DNA from: Botryllus schlosseri
Taxonomy: Eukaryota
NCBI GenBank assembly: GCA_051294905.1
Contig: CM119372.1
Span: 12,216,001 to 12,280,000, forward strand
DNA: 64,000 bases
Direction: 5' to 3'
The notes under the pieces are model-generated. The model was not told where the DNA came from and did not search any database. It saw nothing but the letters and a program-made list of their open reading frames with translations. A program made the position numbers and the translations under genes. This document shows, piece by piece, positions 27,201 to 36,600 of the stretch. Each line of letters opens with the position of its first letter. The stretch's first letter is position 1.

Positions 27201-27492
27201 GATCGTTTCAATTGGCATTGGTTCATTCAATACGGACCAACTCATGGCGTATTCCAGCAAGATTTTCACTACAAAGGAATACAGTGATCTTGCAAAACTC
27301 GTGGTCGACGTCCAGAGTGCGATCACCTCTTTGGACAGCGAACCCATCAACTCGTCTGAATCATGTAAGTCAAATGGAAATTGTTCCAATGCTGAAATTG
27401 CGTAATTTTCTTCCTTAGTTTACAGGAATCGGCTTGCTTCAGCTATCTTCATCACGGCGCATCTTATGAGAAGATGCTTTTTGCGCTGTTGA
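290..27492 (+). CDS. Multi-CCP(sushi)/VWA extracellular protein, 5' end outside window: >=15 CCP - VWA (degenerate MIDAS) - 3 CCP - VWA (intact MIDAS); ~1620 aa in window
   Basis: Hand-assembled AG/GT-bounded, phase-compatible exons. CCP: 290-487, 1188-1394, 3194-3400, 4124-4318, 6145-6351, 7251-7451, 9807-10007, 10901-11101, 12211-12411, 14006-14200, 14261-14458, 15649-15846, 16712-16921, 17859-18038, 20484-20684. VWA1: 21500-21711, 21773-21995, 22395-22544. CCP: 23315-23509, 24541-24735, 24880-25074. VWA2: 25138-25286, 25857-25928, 26471-26693, 27194-27364. Putative last exon 27419-27492. CCP exons show a C..C..GSxCxFxCxxG(Y/F)..C..W..PxC pattern. VWA2 has DIIVLLDGSGS, VGLIQYG, LVLLTDG, GIKIVSIGIG. 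The final exon is uncertain: reading through the last intron also stops near 27404. Confidence 0.9.
1487..2378. mobile_element. Non-autonomous DNA transposon (Tc1/mariner/pogo-like, TA ends) with internal ~125-bp tandem duplication
   Basis: TACCGTAATTTTCC at 1487 and GGAAAATTACGGTA ending 2378; repeated subterminal GGGTGCGTATTATACATGG; internal direct repeats at ~1934-2057 and ~2058-2190. Confidence 0.8.
5160..5935 (+). mobile_element. Two tandem 3' fragments of an L2/CR1-type LINE
   Basis: ORF 5447-5677 (HKYSTR..SIKYAGPQLWNSISPAIQQLSGMSSFKSK) resembles the ORF2 C-terminus of L2/CR1-group LINEs; the shared 3' UTR CGCCTAGG..GGTGGGTGTC..CGACACCTTCC..CATTGTATCG occurs twice. Confidence 0.7.
6835..6988 (-). 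mobile_element. tRNA-derived SINE, 5' part
   Basis: Reverse complement aligns to the copies at 20.8k and 58.0k; A box TAGCGTAATGG and B box GATTCGATCCC. Confidence 0.75.
7586..9557. mobile_element. Non-autonomous hAT-type element (1972 bp)
   Basis: TIRs CAGGGCTGTGGAGTC / GACTCCACAGCCCTG; perfect 8-bp TSD CTTTTATC (7578-7585, 9558-9565); subterminal GGAGTC repeats. Confidence 0.92.
11428..11926. mobile_element. Palindromic (foldback) MITE with TTAA TSD, Kolobok-like termini
   Basis: AGGGGCACT..AGTGCCCCT flanked by TTAA on both sides; ~220-bp near-perfect inverted arms around a ~33-nt loop. Confidence 0.88.
12796..13364. mobile_element. MITE with ~48-bp TIRs and TA TSD
   Basis: CTATACGGCCGTAAACCAAACTTTACGCTGATT.GTCGAGAGACAATG and its reverse complement at 13317-13364, each flanked by TA. 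Confidence 0.85.
13414..13740 (-). mobile_element. Penelope-like retroelement remnant (GIY-YIG endonuclease C-terminal part)
   Basis: RVKQHIPK..PIGQH..YNDNMFTVIARGRSLFYLKVLESTIIQLTKPVLSRQKDF; homologous to ORF 23931-24170. Confidence 0.7.
16205..16515. mobile_element. Penelope-like terminal (pLTR) fragments in inverted arrangement
   Basis: 16205-16395 is the reverse complement of ~24180-24370, which lies just 3' of the GIY-YIG ORF; a second partial copy lies on + at 16449-16510. Confidence 0.65.
18368..19841. mobile_element. Non-autonomous hAT (Charlie/Buster-like) element containing a nested element
   Basis: CAGTGGTTCCCAA..TTGGGAACCACTG; perfect TSD GTATAGAC. Confidence 0.92.
18434..19434. 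mobile_element. Nested hAT-type element
   Basis: TIRs CAGGACCGTAAC / GTTACGGTCCTG; TSD TTCCCCAC / TTCTCCAC (7/8); related fragments at 44240-44567 and 44645-44929. Confidence 0.8.
20027..20319. repeat. Tandem duplication, 2 x 147 bp
   Basis: AGTATCAAT..GGATCACGCCCC unit starts at 20027 and again at 20174. Confidence 0.9.
20800..21055 (+). mobile_element. tRNA-derived SINE, near full length, (TC)n tail
   Basis: A box TAGTGTAATGG, B box GGTTCAATCCC, body shared with two other copies, ends AATAAATCTGAACTCTCTCTCTC. Confidence 0.8.
22610..22895 (-). mobile_element. L2/CR1-like LINE 3' fragment
   Basis: Reverse complement of the 5650-5935 UTR (GATACAATGAAAAGATAGGAAGGTGTCGAAAC). Confidence 0.7.
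23890..24375 (+). mobile_element. Penelope-like retroelement 3' remnant (GIY-YIG C-terminus plus terminal repeat)
   Basis: SAIGEHLLDNSACTKNNRDNRFRVVGRGRSHFHLSALKSTFIKIHHPRLCQQKEFVYHL, followed by a segment repeated at 16.2-16.5k. Confidence 0.72.
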
Positions 27493-27992
27493 TTTGCCTT
27501 GAAGTATTTGAAGATCTTGACGTTGTTTCATACGTGCCGATTTGCACTGTTTGTGTTTATAGTCATTAGTCAACAATATTTTGCGTTGGTTTATACCGAT
27601 TTAAGACTGTTTGTGATATCAATCTTGAATTTTATTGCTATTTGTTTCCGTAATAATGAATGAACATATTAGTTGGTCTCTGACTGTATTTGCAGAATTG
27701 CTGAGGTCTTAACACTTGGCCCTTGAACTAAGCTTAAATGTATGTTGGGTCAAAGCCAGGGGGCAGGTGCTAATTTTTAATTTACGGAACTAAGCGTTTT
27801 TGAATGTGAGAGCAGAGTCATCTTTAGTCTGAGATCCTCAGGTTCAAGATGTGTCCAGTGGTTGTATTCAAATGAAATGTCAGCCGGTTCTATCACAAAA
27901 GTCTCGATTCTTTAGCCGATTCTGTTATAAAAAGTCACTGACGGTAAACCAGTGATGTTAATTGGTTCGCTGATCTCACAACTTGTCGTGAG

Positions 27993-28229
27993 CAGAGGTG
28001 GTCAGTAACGAAGTACTACTTTGTGAAGTACTTGAAGTAGATTTTGCCTACTCACACTACTTTTTAAGTAGTTATGATTTTAGACTACTTCTACTTGACA
28101 GTTTTCAGTTTTGTAGGCAAAAATAAGCGTAGAATACCTACTTACTTGTGAACCACCACTTCTACTCGAGTAGAAATACCGGCGTTACTTCTACTTGAGT
28201 AGCGGTGGTGACTACTTTGACCACCTCTG
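27993..28229. mobile_element. hAT-type MITE, CAGAGGTGGTC family (237 bp)
   Basis: TIRs CAGAGGTGGTC / GACCACCTCTG; perfect TSD GTCGTGAG; CTACTT/AAGTAG subterminal repeats. Confidence 0.92.
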
Positions 28230-28370
28230 GTCGTGAGACCATAGCAATTTACATCGTAGCTTCTCAAAGCTTAGTCTTCATGCCAGCTGTGTTGTAAATT
28301 GCTATGGTCAGACGTTTCCATAGAGAACCGCCTGAATCCGACCACTGAATAGTGAATATAGACGATTGAG

Positions 28371-29635
28371 CAGAGGTGGTCAAAGTAGTCAAGAAAGCTA
28401 CTCATGTGGAAGTAGCGAAGAAAAAATCTACTCAAGTACGAGTAGAAGTAATTCTTCCATAAGTCAACTAAAACTACTTGAAGTAGAAGTAGAATTGACT
28501 GACTTTAAATTTACTCAAGTTAGTAAGTAGTTTTGAAAATAGTTTTAATTCGATCGTTGGCATGGACTGTCAAAAGCTGTAAATTGAGCTATGCGAAAGG
28601 TGCAGAGAGCTTGATCCGCATTGATGCATCCCAGGGGGTATCAATTTTCGACAGAATAAGCATTCTTTCGCATCATAGGATGCAAATTATAGTATTGATA
28701 TAAAAATGCAATACTAACCCTTTTTTACTAGGACACCCCGTTTTAGAGAACATCATGGTATGGCGCCCTGCCCCATATTATGAGACCCCAAGATAAGACG
28801 ACGAGCAAAACGGAGAAGTTGTATCGGAGACGGTTTCAACACTGCGCGTTTAGTATACGTTAATAACAAATGTTGTGGATCGTAAAATTCATATTTAGTG
28901 TAGCTTTACTTTCGGAAGATAGCGGCATTGATTACTACACTTGCTTTTATGCATCAACCAACATGTATGTTCTGCAGACAATAGAACTGAAAGTGATTAG
29001 AACTTAGAGTATGATACTCGGAATTGCACGTGGAATACAAATACTACTTATAAAAAGAGGAAAAAATATTTCGTGCTTTTTGTCCATAAAGCTTCAAAGG
29101 TGTAACGTTAAAAAAAGCCGGATTTTCCAGATTAGAAGGAGACGTCATGGGCTGCTAGATTACGATATGATAGGTAATTGCTAGTTTGCGAAACGGTAGT
29201 TTCAAACGTTATGGTGGGCCATATTTACTGTGATGAAATATTTGATATGTGCGACAATGTGGTGCGAGTTGAACCGAGCAATCCGGTACCTAAATTATAT
29301 TCACGACACTTTCATGAAAATGTATCGGTCACTAAATAACTGATGTGCGCAAAGCGCAACAAAATTTCTGGGCTTTACTTGACTTTTATGAATATTAAAT
29401 GTTGGTACTCCATGAAAACAGCTCCGAAATTCGTCAGGCTATCTGTCGCATTGGGGGATTAAACTACTTCTACTTGACAAACTGAAAATAGCGAAAAGTA
29501 AAGTAAATAGGTCACAAAATATTACGAAGTAGAAGTAGAGAAAATCAGATCGACTTGAGTAAGTACCAGAAGTAGAGGAAAACTACTTGAGTACTTCCGA
29601 AAAGTAGAAGTATACTTCGTTACCGACCACCTCTG
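28371..29635. mobile_element. hAT-type element, CAGAGGTGGTC family (1265 bp), opposite orientation to its neighbour
   Basis: Same TIRs; perfect TSD CGATTGAG. Eroded relatives at ~10.3-10.7k, 21.05-21.4k, 23.6k, 24.76-24.84k, 26.9-27.1k, 42.85-43.3k, 45.28-45.49k, 51.9k and 62.84k. Confidence 0.92.
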
Positions 29636-30649
29636 CGATTGAGTGATCAAGTTTCACGAAGTAAACAGGACAGGGCTTCTGGTATGGATCGATTCGACGA
29701 AGTGACTTTGCCGCAATCAAGTCAGTCAAGTTGTCACTACCATAGCTATGATCATTGTTCAATAATGTTCATGTTCCCTACACCGCAATCATCATCAATC
29801 AATCATCGCAATGTGACTGCCGAACGAAATGGTAAATTTTCCCACAAGATGGAGACAGAGAATCAAAACATTGCATGGTATAGTAACAAGGGACGCCCAG
29901 TTTGTTTTGCTCACGAGTGCATGTGGCAGACTACTTTAGCGGCCATATATCGTGTCAACCAATTTATTGAGAGAATCTTGACTAATCCAATTACGATATT
30001 TTGAATTACTACATATATTGAGGTGAGAAGCGATGATACATTGCAAATATGTTATATTTTTTGCTTGCAAATGTGTTATATTATGTGATAAGTTTCATAC
30101 TACAACCATCCTTTCAGGCTGTAGCTGACTTGATGATCTCCCGATCCCTTCGCTCCAGCCTGGTTCTGAATTATATATACTTTGCTTTGTATTTATCTAT
30201 ATGTGTATTATCAATGTTCATGGACCGAATAAATTCTCTCTCTCTCTCCAAGTTGAAGTAATTTAATACAGAAAATGAAGAATTGTATGAGCACAGGACA
30301 TCGATTTAATTCAGGATCAGACATCAGACGTAAATGCGATTATATTCTACTGGAATCTCGGTACGTTTTGCCTAATATAACATGTGAGCAGCGATGATTC
30401 TCCAAGTTAAAGTAATTATATTTTAAAAAATGAAGCATAGTTTGAGCACGGGACACTGATTCCATACAAGATTACCGGTATATACACGTTTGTTGCACAT
30501 ATAAATGTGTGATATTAAATATATGCTATGTCGTAAAAAGGTGTTCAGACATAAACGCTTTCTCCTCAAATTGGTACGACTAAATGGGTTTCTTTCGCGA
30601 ATGTTTTGCAGAGCCGATAACAATAGTCGCTATGAGGAAATAATTGAAA

Positions 30650-33600
30650 ATGTCAATAAATGCCAGCAGTGGGAGTAGATCGTCGCTGGTGCATTCTGGT
30701 GACAGTGAGCCTCAGCCCAAGAAAATTCGCCTTGGAACTGATAAAAGTGAACGACAAAACAAATCCCCATTATTCAGCCTTGTAAAATGGAGAAAGAATC
30801 GCAAAGTGGGAAATGAAACCGACACTGCCGTTGATTATTCGAAAAAGACTCAACGTAATGGAACATTTATGCGCCCGACAAGCGATAGATCATTGCACAA
30901 CAACAATCACGAAAGACACGAAGCCTCTCCGACAATGGACAGAAAGCAACCGCAGCCTGCTTCGAAAAAGTATTGGTTTTCGAAAACAGAGACCAAACTC
31001 AATGTGAATCGATCGGAATCAACAAAACTGTTATATTTTGGATTTTTATTACCTGCTTTGGCACTTCATCCAAAGTCATTAGAAGAGGCGAGTATTTGAA
31101 TTTTTGTATTTTTCTCATGAATACCAGTGCATTTCTGTGTGGTTAAACATATTTCCACCTACTGATTTGTCCATCGCAATGCTAACTATGGCTGCTTACA
31201 GACTAGTTGTTTATATCCTTCATCCACTTTTGATAACCAATGTGGTGTTGTCAGTATTATTATTCTGTTCTAATCGATTGCTTGTAGGGCTATATTCAGT
31301 TTTACGACATGTGGCTTAATTGTTGGCATTCCCACCTCAAAAATAGGGTCCGTTCATTCACTATTATGAAATTAAGATAAGATTTTGTGATGAAAATCCG
31401 AACATCTTTTTTAAAATTCGTCGCATCTATTGTTTTCAATCATTGCCTGGTCCGTCTGCAATCATTGTGAAAACAGGCAATCGATATTTTCCTTTTTAAA
31501 AAGTGCGACACACCAAAATATGACGAAGATTTCAAGCTCCGCCTTGCCGCTGCTCACATCAACGACGCCATCAACAGCCGTGGCAAATTCGGCCGGGCCA
31601 GGTCACTCATGAAATCAGACTATGTACAAAGGTAACCGTCGTGATTGCTGATTTTTGGCATTATTCATATCGTTGTTACGGGGATATCAAAATTGAACAC
31701 CACTTTTCTTCAGGTGTTATAAAATCATTTCGAGTCCGTATTGGGAGTATCTTATTTATTTGTTTATCGCGCTGCACTGCTTCATGGCTTTTTGGGAGCA
31801 GTCTCCCACTCCAACACCTATCAGACAACAATGGTAAGTCTTTGATGGAATTCGAGTGTGTCGTAACTACCTGCAGTGATTCATATTGTTTAGGCTTGGC
31901 GATTGGGTCATGAATGCATCTGTTCTGGTTATCGATGCCTTGTGCACAATGATTTATATCATCGACATTATTCTGTGGATCGGGTTTTTGTCATGGTCGC
32001 ATTTTTGGTCTGCGAAAGAAAACTTTTGGATTCGGTAAGATTTGTGGAATTTTTTAGCAGTGTGCTTCTTGGCTTTGAGCTAGTTTTTTACTATCTTTCT
32101 CCTTTCAGGTTTAGACTTATCTTGCTTCCCAGTTTAGCCGAGTTGCGTAGCCAATCGTTGAATTTATTCTTTGAGAATGCTTTGGTGTTTGCTTGAATAG
32201 CGTGCACTAACATAGTTCAATTCTTGCTCTGTGTAGGGTGGAGTTCGTGTTTACTGCAATGTTCATTGTAGACTATGTGATCCTGGTGCTGCAGAGGGCA
32301 TTGGGAGAGGTAAGTGATGCATGCAGTTTTTAGCGGTGATGTTGGTTGACCAGTTTTTGTAGCCATGATGTATCTCCGGTTCCGGCTAAGCCGTGAAGCG
32401 ACAGCTCAAAGTCTGGTCAGCACCTTTGTGCTCTGTATATAGGCTCTGTAAATGTATAAAATATATTCTGCTGTTAACATTCATGATGAAGCTTTTCTAA
32501 TTGTCAATTTTGGGTGAAATGTCACTTCGACTAGTATAGTTGTTCATGCTTCTCAGTATGAAATCGAACAGTTTGTCTTTACGTGAGATGAGCGAAATTC
32601 TCTTAATACACTTGCTGTCGAGTCTTGTGTTATAGGCAGGCATTACCAATTGTTCCCACCAGCAAAAATATTAATTTTATTACTAAACTGAATAATAATA
32701 TCTTTTAGACAAAATAATTCAATTAAAACCAGTTTGGCTAAAATTTGAAGCTATTTTCGGAAGAGATCGTTTCCCTAACTCTAACACTTTTTTATTAGCG
32801 TTTAATCGCACCATTTCGATGTTTACGTGCCGCGATGCTACTCTGCAAATCAAAGAATGTTTCTCATATCTTCAAAGTATTACTCAGCATTATGTCCAGA
32901 CTGGGCAAGGTTTGGTAAATTTACATTGTGCCGCTAGAACACTCATCTCACTGCAACAAATCAACAGGTGTTCGCTATAATCTTAATATTTATCTTCACA
33001 TTTGCATCCATTGGATTACACCTTTACATGTTGGACTATCATGAAGTTAGCCAGGATTGTCCCGATCCTAATCAAACGTGAGTAAATTTGATTGGATTGA
33101 TATCATGTATTGGTTTCAAATATTGATTGTAGGGTTCAAGTGTTTAATTTTTCAAATTCATTGATATGTTAAACTAGCAATTCAAGCACACTCAAGATAA
33201 GTAAGGAAGGCATGCACCTGTTTTTTCAGGCCACCTGATCATATAAAAGTAGGACGTTACTCATTGATAGTTCTAATTTATCAAAATACTTCAACTTACA
33301 TTCTCTTGAAGACAAGGTAATTCTAGTGGCTAGACCTACTTCTCCGTTACATTATTGTCATTGTATATGTTTAAAATTCCACGGCAATTTGCTGCCTATT
33401 AATGTTTAGGCCATTACATATACTACCCTATAGAAGGAATCTAGGAAAGAATAAGGAGATTCAGATTCCTTTGCCTTGGTCCAATATCTCTTTTGTGGAA
33501 TCTGACCTTATAAATCATTATCCTGATTTATTGTATGCTTTGAGGTGGTAGCTATACACTAAGCAAGGCCGTCGGTAAACTGACCATTGAAATCTCACAG

Positions 33601-36600
33601 CAGGGTCCTTCTATTGACATTTCGATGCTTACACAGTGGTATTGATTAGTAATTCACTCTGAGACAGATACGGTACCACAAATATTTACTTATTAAAAAT
33701 TTCTTTATCTTTTATGTTTTCTCAGAAACTGTACCAGCGTCTACTCTGGGTAAGAATTCTATTTGGATTGAAAATTGTGTTTCAATCTAGCTGGAATTTT
33801 TTGAGTCAAAGCTTTCCAAATGATTAATGATATCAGTTCATCTTTGATTGCAAAATAAAGTTGTTATTGCATTGTTGCTAGTAACCCCTGAATGTTTGTT
33901 TTTAAACAGCGCTTTCGACAATATTGCGATTGCCAGTGTTCACATGTTCGTATTGATGTCGACTGAAAATTACCCGGTAAGTATATACTAATATCTTGTA
34001 GCCACCCATGGAGGGAGATATTTCGGAAATTGTCATAGTGGCATAAAAAACTATTTTGGCATAGTGAAACGTTTGTTTGTTTCCAGAATCGTTGCAATAT
34101 TGCTTGTGCAATGCTATCCACACGTTTAATTGGTTTTCGCCGTTTGCAAGTAAAATTTATATGCTCAATATCATAAGCCAGTTATGCAAAATGAAATCTA
34201 CAGTACAGAACTGCCGGAAATATGAATGGTCAGTAAGTCCGGAGGTTACCACATATACCAATGTTTAAATCTGCTCAGAATAAAAAATGTTCAGGTCAAC
34301 ATGACCCTTATATATTGTTCTGGTGAGAGTTTCCATGTGTTAAACCTCAACGTTATGGACTTTACGACAAGTATTTGAACATTTCCAAATATTGACATTT
34401 CATGCTCGAGGCATATTAAATACACGCACTAACAATCTTAGCAGAGTTGAACATTTTTTCACGGAGTTGATGTCCCCAAAATATTCTTGAGTAATACTAT
34501 CTTTGTTGTCTTAATTGAACCAGGACTGGAAAGTGGAACAAATTTTAAGCAGCTCCCGTCCATTTATCATAAACTAGAAATTAATTTCAACTAACCAAGT
34601 TCAAATTTTGACTCCAAGGCTACTATGTGGGGACTCTGACTCTAACTAACAACTCGCACTGTTTCATATTGGTAATTCAGGCCCACACTTCCCAAATCAA
34701 ACTTCCACCCAAACTAGCCATTGTAAAGTGAGTAAAAACCTATCGATTCTCATACGAATTAGTAGTTCTGGTCTGAAGACCAAAACCCAAATGGATAGAC
34801 TATTAACATGCCGGTACAAGGTATTACAATATTCGAAATATGAATGAATTCCATTACAGTGAACGATAGCATGTCGATGTTTATCTTTATCAAAAATTAC
34901 TCCAACTTTTGCTGCATTTTGCAGGACATCATCATCCCGGCCTTTTTCAAGAGCACTGCGAATTTCTTTTACTTTATGTTTTATCTGTATGCCGGCGTAT
35001 TTTTTCTGACCGCTATTCTCCTGGCTATTATAGTCGAAAGCTATTGGGAGTACAGCAAGAAGCATGTCAAAATGGAAAGGCTGTAAGTAGGACATTGGCC
35101 GTCTATTCCGCTAAAACGTTTTAGTGTTGTTGATTTAATATAGATTGGACTCTTGTTGATTTAGGATTTTATGATCCTTCCAGAATGTTGTTGTCACAAA
35201 ATTTCTTGATCTGGCAGACTTATATACTGGATCAACATCTGCAGTTAGCCATACCTTTGTAACACCGAATTCATCATTCGCCTCTTGTGTTCACAGGAGG
35301 CAGAGAGAAGAATTAATAAGAGCTTGGAATCTTCTAGACTTGAATGGCACGGGTTATCTTAGCGTGTATGATCCCAAACTTTTAAAACTATTTGCACTGC
35401 TTAAGCCCAAGGTAAGTTATCTTATAGTATTCGTCTCCACAATGGAGTCACGGCCATTTGGAACAAAAATGATGAACATCTGTATTCTCTTTTGAGGATC
35501 AAAGTCTTTCCTTTAAATTTGTCACTTCACGAAAGATGTCGTGAGCTTGACGTCAAATTCTTGACAAATGGTTCAAGAGAAATTGAATATATAAGGACAT
35601 GACATTCCAGCAGAATGGAGAAAATATGTGAAAATTCTCACGCCCTTTTAATAATACTCCTATTGTGATATGTATAAGACAAATTCCTGCTAGAGAATTG
35701 AAATTGACACCAAACAACTGAATGCACGTCTTTGTGTGCTAAATGTATGACAAGATAAACTTGTAATATTATGGACGAAGTCAAAAGTTTTCTAATTTGA
35801 TTTGAAACTTCGCTTCAGGCATTACATAACGTTGATAATAAAACATGAAGTGTCAGCCATGTTGTTTGTCCTCGTATTTGAAGTTTACCATGTCAGCATA
35901 GCGCTCAAGAGACGGGAATGATAATATTTGTGTCTTTCAATATTACGATCTTGTTTTGACAAAACTTTGCGGATGAGTCACGAATCACTGTGTCGTCACA
36001 TTATCAACTCAATATTTACAGTTCTTCTGTCAATTCAGAACACGGAAGATCAAATCACTCAATTGATTGAGTATATGGGCGAAGGCAATGAGGACATTGA
36101 CACGTACGATTGGACGACCAGACTCGTTCAAACTCTAAGCATCGAGTTTGAAAACGAGACCAACGATGATATATCGTCCAACGGTTCCGTCGGTTACTCC
36201 AGACTTAGGTCATGCTGCAGTAGAATTATTCATGTAAGTAAATTTACAAGTAATCACCCTGTATTGGCAATCCCGTTATGAGGTATATCTTACTAAATTT
36301 CGAAACATTAAATTCCATGAAAACACAAATTTTTCAGGCCAATGGAATCGGGATGGCCATTCTCGTACTTATTCTTCTTCACAGGTATGTGTGGTGATGC
36401 AATAACTTTTGCGAGACTATGCAATATGATTAACTAGTCATCTAAGATTTGTTTCTACATCTACATACATTACTTCAGTTGCTTTGTGTCAATCCTAGTT
36501 CAACTTCATACGTTACGCTCAAATTTTTAAAGCTATATCGCTACGCATTTGAATTATTTTATACTCTGATACAGTATCATACCCTTCCCCAAAACAAAAA

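Noticed and set aside
290..27492. Calling gene 1 SVEP1, selectin, CR1 or complement factor B
   Set aside because: No EGF, pentraxin, lectin, TM or protease exons were seen, the domain order differs, and the 5' end is outside the window.
29870..29890. RFX X-box upstream of the channel gene
   Set aside because: Only a half-site (ATAGTAAC) matches, which is expected by chance.
30710..30735. NLS-like PQPKKIRL in the channel N-terminus
   Set aside because: A short basic motif in a disordered region of a polytopic membrane protein, and the first exon is the least certain part of the model.
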